DNA from: Owenia fusiformis | Lineage: Eukaryota | DNA: 64,000 bases | Reading direction: 5' to 3' | Assembly (NCBI GenBank): GCA_903813345.2 | Contig: CAIIXF020000001.1 | Coordinates: forward strand, 42,222,001 to 42,286,000 | Shown: one piece after another, positions 11,006-25,384 of the stretch | Numbering within the stretch: position 1 is the stretch's first letter | Layout: each line of letters opens with the position of its first letter | Notes under the pieces: model-generated | What the model was told of the DNA's origin: nothing | The model's database searches: none | What the model saw: the letters and a program-made list of their open reading frames with translations, nothing else | Program-made: the position numbers and the translations under genes

Positions 11006-13568
11006 TTCCTGCTGTGGACCATTGCTCTTGCTGCAGGAGAATGACTCTTACTTAAATTATTTCATAATAAAAGAGTGCCAACTCAAGAAAGCTCAGGTAT
11101 GGTACAGTGACCACAATGATGATTGGCTGATCATGATCAAAAGTAAGAAAAGATAGATGTGTTGTTCGAGTAAAATATCAAATCAATAAACATTTATTAA
11201 AATAGTAAAATTATGATGAATGATAATCTTTCAGTATAGAAACATTTGGTGAATAAAAAAGTGAATCAAACCGTTGCTAGTATATTTGAACTCTTTGTTA
11301 TCGGTTGAGATAGTAAAAAACTTGAAATGATTAAAATAGTATATCCAATTAGACAAAGGTTGCCAGAAAGGTTACACATTTATCTCTATGTGTTTGTGAA
11401 CCAATAAATCACACAAAACAAAAAAATAAGATAACACAGGTTTTAACTATTTAAATAACCTGTCGATGATATATGTTTTTCTAAACTACACAATTTAAGA
11501 CGGTTGAGGATTTAATAAATATTCATGTATTTGGTATAATTTAAAAAATCAAAAATGTACGTTGTCATCTCCAATGTACGTTGTCCCGGTAATTGAAATG
11601 CATGAGATTATTATTATTTATTAAACAATGCAATATGATTTAATTTCAAAACGCATTAAGGGTTTTATGAGTAACAAGTGGTGTTCAACATACATGTTCA
11701 TGTATCCCTGGTACAGATTAACAGCTAAGAGTGATTTTTTACCCCTTGTTGAATGCTATTTTATTTTATGAAAGTGTTGATATGGTGATTAATATTTGAC
11801 CATGTATTCAAACCCTGTTTTGAGGCTACCAGTGGAAAACACCGACCGGTCAGTGGTCGGTGGGGTCGGTCGCTTTTCGTAAACCCCTTTTATTCTATTG
11901 ATAATATCCCATCTTCCCAGACTCTCATTGCGTTGCAGTATTAGTATAGGTGTTTCAAATCGTGAAATGTCTTTGCATCTATCATTTGTGAAAATGACGC
12001 ACTTAGAACAATCGATTTATCTCCTCTTGGTATCTTTGGTTGTATTGGACTAAAGCATTGACTCTTAAAATATACTAAAATATAGCATAAAGTTCCACAA
12101 TGCGTATAAAAGATTGTGGTGTGTACTTGCATGTCATTGTCTTTGTATGAGTGCACGTAGTTTCTGGGTCTGTCTCTCAGGATTTATTACGTAAATTACG
12201 GCCGTAAACCCAAGAGGTATTGATCACCTTCACTGTTGGTTAAAATACAATACAATAACCAGTCAACAGTTTGAAATTACTTGTACTTTTTAAATTATAG
12301 TTGTCCCAATGTTTTTGTAATAGAATTACTTAAGGGTATAACAAAATAACAAAATCGTTGTTTCTTTCAATTTAACGGTATCTTTCTGTATTTTGACCAT
12401 TACATCAAATATGATGGTGTTAAAATGCAATCAAGTAATGCAGTAATTATAATCCAAGTAATAAACTCTCTGTATCAGCATAATATAAGTGCAATATTTA
12501 AAAAAATGTAATAATCGGGTCATAATCGGGTCATTCATTTCTGACTTGCTTCTTTATTACTTGACTTTAATAATCAGTTTTAGGAGTAGGCCCCCCATAT
12601 ATGATTTTTGCTAGAAATTATTCCTATATCCATAGGAGCAGCTACATGAAAATTCAGACAAAACTAACGCTTACCTCAAAAGTCAGAATAGGAACTTGAG
12701 TTAAAGACCATATTTGATGGAATGTCACCCTCTTTTAAATAAACCATCGGATGAATATGAATGAATATGATATGAATATACGAATGATTATCACAAATCA
12801 ATTTCAATGAGTGGATAAAAATATGATATATCATTCCAAAATACCAAGAGATTAATTACAAAGTACCATTTTCATGGTATTCTTTTTTATTCCATAGTTA
12901 GCATGATATTCATAGGATAACATGTGAAAATAAAAACGGTATTTTTGTAATCAGTGGTAAAATATGATATTTTTGACAAATTTTCACTTAACCATAGCAT
13001 ACGGTTTTTTAGCCATGACATACGGCGCCGTATGCGATGGTTTATGGATTTTTGCTACTTCAGACTCAAAACGAGGCTAATTAGTGTCAACATCGCCGGA
13101 TCGTTTGGAAAATTCGAATTAAATAACTTAATTCCCGACGATTCTGATGATGACTTTAACTATGGAATAAAAAGAAGATCCTATGATTTACTCGTGATTG
13201 GATTTTAATCCGCTCATGGATATTGATATCTGCACTCTCTCGCTACGCTCACTCGTGCAGATATCATATCCATTCGTGGATAAAAATCATATCACTCATT
13301 AATCATAGGATATCCTCTATTTATTCCATAATACTACTGTTTTCCCAGGGAAATATGAAGGAATAAAAATTGTATTGAATTGTATTACATGAAAAAATCG
13401 TATTGTCCCCGGGAAAAAATCGTATTGGAGCGTATTACATGAAAAAATCGTATTGTCCCCGGGAAAAATCGTATTGGAGCATATTAACCTATTTTCGGTC
13501 CCCCGGTTATTTTTCCCCAGTTATCTGAATTATCTAAATGAAGCATTTTAGTGGGGTGTTTTATGGAA

Positions 13569-13710
13569 TAAATAGGTTATTTCTGGTCAGGATTGAATAT
13601 GGGTTTTATTCCTCGGAAAATATGATATTGACCTTGGGCACCCTCGGTCAATATCATATTGTCCCTCGGAATAAAACCCATATTCAATCCCTCCCAGTAA
13701 ATAACCTATA
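13569..13710. repeat. Long hairpin end of a hairpin-terminated element
   Basis: ataggttattt...aaataacctat arms of about 60 bp around a GC-rich loop. Adjacent ~50-bp tandem repeats at 13380-13480 and a related hairpin at 13210-13320. Confidence 0.6.
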
Positions 13711-16270
13711 TGTATCATACCATATGGTCAAAGCAATATCAGGTATGTAACGGCAAATGAACACTGACTCCCAAAATGACTTCCAGTATTATTTTTATTT
13801 CTGTACCAATGTTATTTCTCATTGTTGTTTTTTTTGGTAGACATTGCTTTTGACCAAAGTAAAGTGTTTATATTCACCTATCAGGATGATATAATAATTC
13901 ACCTGTCGGGGTGATATAGGTAATACCTCTTGGATGATATGAATATCATCCTTGTGATATTCCCTACTACATGCGTAAATAACTACTGACCCCCACCCCC
14001 TGGGTATTATGGGTATTGAAAAATGGTGTGATATTGGAAACACACATTTAACTCCCTGTCAGGTTTAGGGTCAATATTTGAATTTAATTTTAAATGAGCT
14101 AAATACACGAATAATGACTAAAAGGCTCTTATTCAATCACAATTCACAATGTTTAAAGTTATGTACTAGATGTTTTTGATATATATATTTTAGAAAGGAA
14201 TGAATGACAAGCATGCAGCTGGTACATTTATCATTAAGATCCAATAGAAAATAACAATTCTATACCTTAACATAAATTACATAGATTTGACTACTCTGAC
14301 ATTTTTGTGTCAATTATCTCAGTAATGGCGTCACGAAACGTTAATGAGCTATTTTGCATAAATTATACTTCATCATTTGATACCAAACATTAAATTATCT
14401 GACGAAAAAACGAAAGCGATACCTCAAGATAAAACATACCCCGAGCCTTCTTTTTGATATTTCTTTCAAAGAGGATCAGTTTCAAAACAATTTTTTGATT
14501 GTGCATGTTACCCTTTTGGAGCTCAATAAAGAAAATTATTAGACCGAAATGGCATATTTTATACATCATTTTAAAGCTGGTATCGTACTCTTTCAAATGA
14601 ATATGAAAAACAGAAAAATACATCGTAATTTTAAATAACGGGACCTTTATATAGGTACACAGCTAAGTTTTATGTTAAAAACCTTTAAAAATTGTCAGTT
14701 ATGACGTCACAATAGTTATGTAAATGAGCTAATTTACATAATCTATACCTCATTGTAAAGATGTCATCATGAGCTTTCATTTGATACCCATATTATAATT
14801 ATCTGCTAGAAAATAAAAAGATATATGGGTATACATATTTTATCGTATTAACACTCATTAAAAGTGGAAGTTATTTATAGCGCCCGTTTCCATGGTAACG
14901 GCCCGAGTCAAAATTCTGTTAAACCTCAAATTTGCAATGCATGATATCAGAGCTTTCCAATGGTACCAAGATCTTGCTGGGGGTCATTAAAATATTAAAC
15001 TCCTTTATTTTAAGGCTTTGGAGGATTTTCCTACTCGTCTAGATGTGTTCTATTGACTAAACATGTGGATACCATCAGATTCCAATGGAGGCAATTGGAT
15101 TCTATTGATTTTCACAAAAATACCTAAAATACACTATGACCTGAATCAATTGCAAATTAAATGATTTTCACGTTAGATCATGGTTTTGGGCTATATGGGG
15201 TTTGTTTTTCTTGACTGGTATGCACTTAGAGTTTGCTTTTTCTTGCTAAGTTCCATTACAACTTTAGGTTCATTCCCTTTGGCACAAGTGCTTATATATT
15301 CACAATATGACACAAATGGTATATCACATCAGATGTGCAAATACAAAGTTTGCAATCGATTCAGGTCATACTTCAAATTAAAAGATTATGCATTTTTTCA
15401 TCATTTTCTCCTACAAAATTGCTATAGAAAAACTTTTCAAAAGCAACTTTTACACTTATGAAATCCCATACAACTTTGTAAATCCAAAGTAGACTAATCT
15501 GACGTCATTTTTGTAAATCCAAAGTAGACTAATCTGACGTCATTTTCCTGCGCGCGCATAGAAGTACACGTTAATGCTTTGTTGAATACGCGTCGCGTCT
15601 GTAAATTGCACGAATATGATAATCTCATATAAAAACCTGAAAACTTAACACTGGCCCACAGGAAATATACAAATCTGACGTCATTTATCTGCGCGCGTAT
15701 TGAAGTTCACGTTCAAGTTTTGTTAATACGTGTAGCTTAACCTCTCTACCGAGGGAAATTAACGCCATTACAGATGATCAGGCATGATGTGAATTATAGT
15801 TGAACGTATTGTGCTACTGCCTTCAAATATTGAAAACGCTAACTTTTCATGGGAACGCATGTTATTATGATGGCAATATACTTAAAAAGGCAATTCCGGG
15901 TATTTAAGCACCCTAATGCGGGGGATGTGCTACAATGTAGATCTTAAAATGTATTTTGATTGATGTGATACAGTTTTCACAACTTATAGATAATTGGTTT
16001 ATCTTCATATGTACCTTTCATACAAATTGGGTGAGAGTTAGCATGCCTATAACATTTTGTCCATTACTTTTGAATCACCTCTCGTAGATATAAGGCATGC
16101 CATGATTGATCAATATACACGTATGCTTAGATCAATAGATGAATCGTTTGATAGACCTATCAATAGACAGATCAATAGTTAGATTGATATATCAAGATCA
16201 ATAGATTAATAAATCGATAGATAGATCAATACACTGAAAACGGCTTAAAGTGTGCGCCAAAGTTTAAAAC

Positions 16271-16335
16271 TGCGCAGGCGCAGCGCTCTCGCTAACCTAT
16301 ATAAAGAGATTACAGGGTACAGGCTTCAGAGGTAA
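16271..16335 (+). promoter_or_regulatory. Candidate Pol II core promoter (NRF1-like site, TATA, Inr)
   Basis: TGCGCAGGCGCA at 16271, TATATAAAG at 16298, and TCAG Inr with its A 30 nt after the TATA start. Confidence 0.4.
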
Positions 16336-19300
16336 GCCAGGAAGGTGAACAACTATCGTCCCGTGTTGATTTCCCGTATAATCGTAACCAGGCAGGTTTC
16401 ACCATTGGAATTGAAAATAACTATTAGATATACTCTGTAGATGTTTATATATGAAGGTTATAAGTGTATGCATCAATCAAATGGCTCATTTTGAACATAT
16501 AAAAAGTATTTGTGTTTTGTTTCCCAGGGAATTGTATTCCATGTAGTACACACATAAATAGTGTACATTATGTTGTACTTGAATAGCCTGGCTTATATAA
16601 TATTGAAGGGCATGCTGATTGTACACACGAGTACATGCATGAAGGCCTAATATTGATATTGCTTGCATACCTAAGTAAAAAATAAACTCTTCTAATCCCC
16701 TAATGTAAACACGGCGGTATACGTAGCCCGATTTATCGGGGGCTTTAAGTGTGAAACAAATTTTGTTAAAAATTCAAAAAAGCATTAAAATTATTTTTTC
16801 AAATAGACATGTAGTATGTATCTATATACATTTATACACACGTTACCCAAAGCATTGAAGTAAACTCCGAGGAACAATAGGTGGAAATTCAAATTGAAAT
16901 TAGGGCCCGTCTCAAACGTGACGATTTTCACATTTTCAGTCCGTGATTAATATGCCAAAATATTCACATTAGAATGCAGCATTTTCAAAAAGCCAATGGC
17001 TTTCCTTATGCTACTCTACTGTCCTTTAAAATCATAAATGAATTTGGACTATAAGTATTTCCCTTTTGATGTGCATCACTTGTCAACATGAAACATCCAA
17101 ATCCATCATTTTTCTCGATTTTTTTCATACGTTTTGTTTTTTGTCTGAGTAAAATTAAAAGGGGTCAACCCTATTGGAACATGAATCGATTCGATCATGA
17201 AAAATGATGCTTTAGACGAATAGAAAATGATAAAAAATTTATTTGGGGAGCATTGATCATTAGGCTGGTTCACCTTTTTTCCGCGTGTCGATTTTCACAA
17301 GAAAATTGGAAACAAATGAAAATGAGTTATATGTTCACTTAAGAGAAGTCTTAATTCACGAATGGGCATTTTTGATGACTATAGCTAGCTGAATTGAGAA
17401 ACAAGTTTGTATTTGTGTCTTATATTATCACATTTATGTTTAATTTTCCGTCAAAACTCGACATAAACCATGAATCAGTGAATAGCAGAATCGTGCCGTG
17501 TTTCACTATCTCCAAGGAAAAAGCAGTTACGTACATGTGACATATGTGGACTCATATGCAATCATGGTTTACATGTACTGAGCACATCTTTTCTACTTTC
17601 AATAACTATGTGCACACCACATTATCTTTTTCAAATCAACTTAACCAAAACCTTGAACTGATTCAAGAAACCAGCACTTTACATTTTATATCGATGGTGC
17701 AAATGCCATGTCGTCAAGCACCCAATTGCAATCACCCTAGTTCTCTTTTAATCTCTAATAGTATATGAGGCAAGACACTTTGATTTCGATTTGTTTTTAC
17801 AATTTGAGAAACTTTTACTATGGGTGTAGACCAGCTGCAGGGTGACGTAGTGAAGTCTTTCCTGCATGCAACACAAACAGCAGGGCAACCATACATGTTC
17901 ATCCCAAATGACATTAACGGCATTCAATCATGCATCAGAAATGTCCTTTTTAAAGATTTCAAATTTCAAGAGAGACTTTTTCATTTAAAATCTGTTACAT
18001 CTACTTGATTGTACGTTATCATTTGAAAGAAATAAGAATGGTATTGCTGACTTTTTTAAGTCTGACGTAGCCAAAGCATGAAAATTATCTGAACTGCATC
18101 CTCCTAAGCAGGTATCCAGAACCGTAAGAAAGAATATATTCTGGATTTTGAAGCCCTGTGATCGGAGGATGCTGGACTGTGAATATGAAATTTTCTTTTG
18201 GTCTGCGTAGCGCTTCCTCGATGCCCCGATCTCATCACAAGGACATTTTTATGGCAACTGAAAGCGTTCTTATTGTTGTTTTTTGCTTCATTCGAGCTGA
18301 GTTAAGTCGGCAGTCCGAGAACGAATTTCTTTGGCAGACTCGATACTTTTTCAACGGTTTCTGATATCACATCACATAACTCTAAGCATAAACTCAATTC
18401 TTTCCTGTGATTTTCAGTTTTCTTTGAAGTTCTGGAAGTTTAATGTTCAGTGCAATGCGTTACCCCGGTTTTGTTTTAGAGAAAGAGAACATTGAAAGAA
18501 TTAATCTCGCTTTGTTGCCTACATTCTCGAAGCGTGCATTTTGTGTTTCCTATTTCTTTTTGTTGTCGGTTGGCGATATATTTCAAAGAGGAGTGTATTT
18601 TTGCATTGCTTGCCTTACATTTTCTTTATTGTTCTCGGGCATTGCTTAGTTTTTGCTTTTCTCTGTTTCTTTTCCAACGAATTGCGTTTCGCGAAGGCAT
18701 ATTGAATATTACAGATCATATGTACAGATCGTGCAAATGGAATTGAAATAAAAATTAATTATAACACAAAAACATCGTTAAAAAGCTGTAATCGTTCATA
18801 TTACTTAACTAGGGGTTTCGGTTTATGCTGTTCTCCATTAATAATAATTGCATCCATTGAAAAGAAATCAGAATGCAAACATTGAGGGACTTTATGATTG
18901 AATTCAGCGATCCCCGGGAATACACTGAACGAAACGTTATTTACTGAGGGTCAACTATTTTGGGCTTTAATGGTCTTCATATTACATTTTTTGTTATGAC
19001 TTTTCCGATAAATTATGCTTACGGAATTCCCAAATAACTTGTCATTTGCTTTCATGTTACATATTATTGTAAAGACGTTTAAAATATAAAAAGCACATTT
19101 ACAAAAGGGCAAATTCGTTAGCCGTTATCGTTTCCTTGTCTATGAGTTGAGCTTTATGCGTAATTACTAAATAACTGTTAAACATGTGTTTTAAGAATAT
19201 GGGTCATCATATAAAATTAAACCAATCCATCTGGGATTTATAAAAATGGCTAATTACTGCTTTGAGTTCAATGCTATAATCGTGACGTTTTTCACGCGTG

Positions 19301-20585
19301 ACGTTTGTCACAGTTTCGCACAATATCAGTTCATAGATGTGGTAATGCTGGCTATTTCGAAAATCCTTTTATGTTATGATGGAGTGGACACATTGTTTTT
19401 CTTGAAATGTGTCCCATTTCCAACAAGACTACTGCCAATATATGAGTAATATCATGGTCGTTTTTCACAAGCAAAACGGTGATTTTGAGAATTTTTCAGA
19501 TCATGCTCATTATCATTCAATCACAACTATTATCACGATTTGTAACACAATGGTCTGATAAACTGAACTGAAGACTTGATAACCACGGACAATTTATTTA
19601 TCTCGAGTTTCCCTTCTGCCGTCTTGGCCTGTTTTAACGACCGTGACGTTTTTCACAGAATAAATTTTACATTTACTATAATGGGTACATATAATCGGTA
19701 GTCGGTGAGAAGCAAATACACTGCTGTCATCACACTCTGACTGAATGTTTTCTATGCCAACAGAACCAAAATGAAAAGATGCGACCATTTATAAGTGAGA
19801 TATGACATGTTTTCACGGGTGTGTTGTCCTGTTACATCAACAAAATTCACGAAATTCACAACTTATTCGCGAGTTATCAAAGTTATTTACAACCGGAATG
19901 ATCAATAAGTATGCTGACCGAATCTAGATAAAGGCATTTTATTTTAAAATACATAAAACAATGAGAAAAAATCATTTTAGTTGTAGCTATTTTCAATTAC
20001 ATGAAAAATACTCATTTTTAACATTTATTGGTTTTGAATGAATAGATATATCGTTAGATAAGTCAAAAGATATATTGAAAGATAGAACGATAGATTTGCC
20101 GAAAGGTAGATCGATCGAAAGATCGATCGATAAATAGATCTAAAGATTGAAAGAAATTGATAAATAGATCTAAACATACTTTAATAGACACATTTCAAAT
20201 ATTTTCTTTACTTCTTGTTGACTTTCTTTCAGGATTTCATTATATCGATTTTTTTCGAAATTTCAAAATGGCGTAGCATCTAAATCTAATTTCAAATCGG
20301 ATCACAGATTCAAAATCTTGAGAAAATTTTCTATAATTTTGATACCTCAAACGGTGATGTTTTGTTGACCTACTTTCTGGACACTATTTCTCAAAACTGG
20401 GTCAAAATACCTTGTGAAGGCAAAAGGCTAACACCGCTAACACTGCTAACACAGTGATTTAGCATACTCTTGGCTATCTGTATACTAAATTTCAAAAATA
20501 TGTAAGTTGTCAGAATCGTAAAAATAAGAAAAATCAAAGATTTGACCTGGATTTTGACTTTGGCATCTTAATGTCCAAATTTCAA

Positions 20586-21461
20586 AGGAGTGGTATCGAT
20601 ATGGAGAACTGAATTAAACAATGTTTTTCTCTTAAACCAATCATTGAAAACATTCCGTAAAAAACACGGTATTTTATGTAATATTGACTGATTGACAACA
20701 ATTTAATGCGAAAATTATTTAGAAATATTTTATATTACTGTTTTTGTTAAAATTTTTGTTTTCTTAGTGCAATTGTTTTTGCTCCTTTCTACCAATTCTT
20801 GAGAATGAAATAAAATGTCTTTCCGAACCTTGTTGGAACAAAATAGCATATACCGCATGTTTTTAGACCTCTCAATATTAAAGTTATACAAAGTAATGTT
20901 TGGTTGATTTTAAAAAAGTATTCAAAAAATTAAAACAAAAATCCCCCCAAAATAGATGAAAATAAAGATAAACCTTTTATTTCATTAACAAGATATTTTT
21001 TTAAAATCAACCAAAATTTCCTTTGTACAATTACAATATTGTATACAAAGTAATGTTTGGTTGATTTTAAAAAAGTATTCAAAAAATTAAAACAAAAATC
21101 CCCCCAAAATAGATGAAAATAAAGATAAACCTTTTATTTCATTAACAAGATATTTTTTTAAAATCAACCAAAATTTCCTTTGTACAATTACAATATTGTT
21201 GTGTTTATGTCGTTTGTTCCAATGAGGTTAGGAAAGATGTTTCATTTCACTCTGGAAACATGATACCGAGAACAAAACAAGTGTTTGATGTGTTTTCTAA
21301 AACAATATAGATGAAAGTATATATTTTTTTTCTAATTATATTGTTACCATTCAAAAGATGACCATTAAATTGACGATGTTATGTGTCAATTTTAGATTCT
21401 TTTTATGACTGCTTTAAGAGAAACGTGTGTTCAAAAAGTTCTCCATATCGATACCACTCCT
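20586..21461. mobile_element. Kolobok-like MITE with internal 158-bp tandem duplication
   Basis: TIR AGGAGTGGTATCGATATGGAGAACT, inserted at a degenerate TTAA within a fragment (20250-20585) of the 1-1828 repeat family. Duplication at ~20885-21200. Confidence 0.7.
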
Positions 21462-23794
21462 TTAGCTATTATATCAGATGCTGACACCGTTTTGCCGGAA
21501 GGTAGAGATAAATAATTTTTGACCATGCATCATGTTAGCCTAACCTGGTAGGTCTAAGAAAATATAAGGTGTTCGGCTTTAAAGTGGTAAAAACAAATTT
21601 CGTGGCAAAATTGGACCTAAATGTCTAAGATTTCAAGGGTACTATAATATTATTTCATAACATAAAATATATTTGCTATTGTTCTGATTTCTACAGGATA
21701 TGTTGCAAGTACAGAGATGAAATATATCCTCAAGTTTTAGGCTCATAGCTGTAGTCTCAGAAAAATTACAATTAATAGGAAAAATATGCAATTTTAGTCA
21801 TTTTTTAGTCTCGCCTATTTTGTATTTGTAGCTTCAGGCAAAACATGAAAGATTTAATAGCTCAATGTAATATTATAAAACCATTTCAAGGTATGTGTGA
21901 TATTGCATATCAACAATGGACGCGTATCACAATCACCATTCATGTGCTTATCCATGATGCATATTTATTTGTTCATTTATTTACTTATTTATTTATTATG
22001 AAGTGTTAATTTTGTGTGTTGTTATATATACTGTTTTCTGTTGTATTGATATATTGTAAAATTAGTGTTTACTTTGTGTACACTTAACCTTTTATGGGTA
22101 TGAATGTGTAATAAAGTTCATAAATCTAAATCTATCATCAAAAATGTGTATCAAAAGAAAGCAAATCAATGCATTTGAAACATCTCCAAATGTTATTCGA
22201 CATTGTAATTCATTTAGAACTAGAATATAGGACTCAACATATTTCATATGCTTGTTTTCAATTTAGTACATGTTATCAATTGAAATCTTATAGTAGTACT
22301 AAAGGAATTGAATTTTTTTAATTACTTCCTCCCGTTGAAACACCACTGTTTTAAATGGATCTTATTGGTAGATGTAATATCACTGAACATAGTATTGCTC
22401 GTTGAGCTCATTTTTCAAGAGAGTTTTTTTGTATTTAAAGTTTTCTTTTAGATAATAAATAAGCAAAAATATCATGAACTTTAATAGCAATCACATTTTA
22501 TATGATTTCAACTGAAAAATAATATCAAAATGGACTCCAGGTGGTTGGTATAACTCGTTAAAGACTGTTCAATTTTTCTTAAAGTTTATTGTTACAGTCT
22601 AACAATTTAAATTAGTGTATATTTGTTATGATATCATCATTGAGTGTTTCTAAAGTTGTTGAGCATCACACAACATTACAGATTTTTTTATTAATCTGAG
22701 ATTTCAGCAGGGGTCTAATTTACAAAATAATCAATCATAAAAAATATTTCAAAAATGTGAAAATGTTATTAGTGAACAATGGCTATTTGATTATTTCTTG
22801 ACACTTTTTGTTTTTGATACAATAAAAATCTAAAACTATCTAATTTCACTGTTTTCTGGTAGGAGGTTCCTAGGGGTACAATGCTATTCAGTGATTTCTA
22901 TCCACTTCCAAAGTGTTTGAGTCAACTAGAAAAATGATAAAAAGTTTCCATTTCAATTTCAGTGAGGGGTGCCATAGGGGATGAAGTCGCACCCATCACA
23001 CCTCCGTTCCCCATCTGATGGGCCTGTACATTAATGTATGTTCATAGATTCAACTTTATTGCCAATAAGATCATGATAAGATCATGATGATTCAAAAGAA
23101 AAGAAGATTATGAATCAAAACAGGTTTGACATGAAAAGTGCAATCCCGGGAAACCCCTATGACAAAGATAATTAAAAACCATAGATTACACAACAAATAA
23201 ATAGTATTCTTTTACTTGTCAAATCATGAAGAGCAATATTGATATGCAATGAAGGTGAAATAAATGCGACAATTATATTTTCTAAAATGAACTAAAAAGT
23301 ACAGACAAACAGACGGTCTCATTTTCAATATAGCAAGAAGAATAAATATGTCATGCTAATTACCTTTCAAGCAACCTATTCAATAATAGATCATCAGTCA
23401 TTTAGTTCAAGAATATCAATATTTAATATTTTAAAATTTTTAAAGACCCCTGTTGGAGCCTTCATTAATAAGTAAACGGTAATGTTGACAGTTGCTCAAC
23501 AGATGTAGGAATATGAATGTATGTACGAATATGTGCTTTAGCATTTAAACGTATCAAAAAGGGTGGTGAATCAACGGGAGGAAACAGCTTAACTAAGGCT
23601 TATCCTAACATTTCCTTGAGCTCTATAGAACCATTTCTAGTCATTCCTGAAATTTTAGATTTCTAAGACATCAACTCTTTTTGGGTCACATTTGATATAA
23701 TATCCATAAAATATATAAGATGACCTTTCTTATTAGCCATAATACATTCATTTATAACATCTAAACCCTGAGATAATGAACTATTTGTGTCATA

Positions 23795-24248
23795 CACAGT
23801 AAAACCGCGGTGGAAATTAGGCGTGTCATGATCTAATTTCCAGACGAAACGGACGGCCATGACAAAACAATGTCTGAACACCGAGACAAATTCGTGTTGT
23901 CCTATTTTAGTGACGGGTTTACGTACAAGGAGATTACTCATCTTCTTGGCTTTCGTCATGATTTATACCGAATGGCTGAGCATATGTTTCTCCAATTTTG
24001 AAGAGCTCTATAATTAGGTCATGACACACCCAATTTCCACCGCGGTGAAAATAATTTCCACCGCGGTGGAAATCATTTTTTACGCGTAGTAAATAGTTTC
24101 TACCGAGGTGGAAATAATTTTCACCAAGCTGTAAATTCATGTAAAATTTTTAAATAAAAAATTAAAAAAAAATTATTCGAGGAAATTTTTTAATTAAAAC
24201 TAAAATTCTTAATTCCGAAAAAATGCATGTCCCTTATAAGGCTTCGTA
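23795..24248 (+). mobile_element. Internally deleted IS3EU-like transposon remnant
   Basis: ORF 23870-24001 (MSEHRDKFVLSYFSDGFTYKEITHLLGFRHD) resembles the N-terminal HTH of these integrase-type transposases. Subterminal ccaccgcggtggaaa repeats; right end GGCTTCGTA. Confidence 0.5.
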
Positions 24249-24548
24249 CAGTCGAAATATTGCTTTTGTGTACAGAGTCCCTCGTTTTAGCGGCGTTTTG
24301 GTCCCTTTAAACGCAGCAATTTTGAAAAGTCCTATGCAACTGTTCGAAATTTACCAAAACGCCCCGTTGTCTTCCAAAACGCCCCGCCGAGTCTATGACC
24401 ACAAACGTACGTCTTCAAGTTTAGAATACATCGATTACAGCATGTCATGCTAAATTCATGCATTTTCAACATAAATGTATTATAAATTATCGGAACAGAG
24501 CGGACCAATTAATGTAATGATGTACGGTCATGTTACCAGAGGCATATA

Positions 24549-25384
24549 CACTCCCCTCGATAAGTTTGGCAACCTTAGCTCCCCATTGAACTACGTGTTA
24601 AAGCCTCTTTACGTTTGAATTTTTATTTACTCAACCGGCGATGAAATAACTTATAATATTGATGGAAACGTAACTTGACTTTATTTCCAATACCTCCAAA
24701 TTTTCCAATTTTTTCCCTCAATTACAATAGGTCGAAAATTGATGATAGATTTGATGAATTTTTGAAACTCGTCATTCCCATGTAATCCAATGGGAAAGGG
24801 AGGGCCCGGGGCAAATCAGAAATCAGGATATCTTTTCAGTAAAAGATTCAGCAAAAATATTTTTATATAGAAAATTGAATTGTCTCACTTTTGTACACTA
24901 AGTGTTTAGTTTATTTCATGAATATTAAAGTTACATCGCTTCAAAGTCATTTTTGAAAATAAATTTTCGCCTCCTGTGTTCTTTCAAATGGAGAGGTTTT
25001 TTGAAAAACAATTTTGACTTTAAAGCCCTATAACTTTGTTAAATAAAATTAGCAAATTCAATTGCCTGCCCAACTCGTATTTTTTGCAAGGACTCGGATG
25101 GATGGATATTTTGTCATATGACTTGCGGCAAACCTACCATTTCCCATTGGTTAACATGGGAATGTCGATTTTCAAAAATTCATCAAAATCATCAATTTTC
25201 GACTTATTGTAATTGAGGAAAAAAATTGAGAAAATTTGGAGGTATTGGAAATAAAGTCAAATTACGTTTCCATCAATAGTAAGTACTTTCATCGCAGGTT
25301 AAGTAAATAAAAATTCAAAGGTAAAGAGGCATTAACACGTAGTTCAAGGGGGAGCTAAGGTTGCCAAACTTATGGAGGGGAGTG
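24549..25384. mobile_element. Tc1/mariner-type foldback MITE
   Basis: TA|CACTCCCCTCGATAAGTTTGGCAACC ... GGTTGCCAAACTTATGGAGGGGAGTG|TA; arms of about 250 bp. Confidence 0.85.

Larger units (their letters stand above)
8528..15746. mobile_element. 7.2-kb TIR-bounded composite element, TA-flanked, unclassified
   Basis: Perfect 21-bp inverted termini GAGAGGTTAAGCTACACGTAT / ATACGTGTAGCTTAACCTCTC, each flanked by TA; several elements are nested inside. Confidence 0.6.

Noticed and set aside
11900..14050. Candidate upstream exons for the chimeric gene
   Set aside because: The exon-like segments found do not give an open phase-1 junction to exon A and lie inside the TIR-bounded element.
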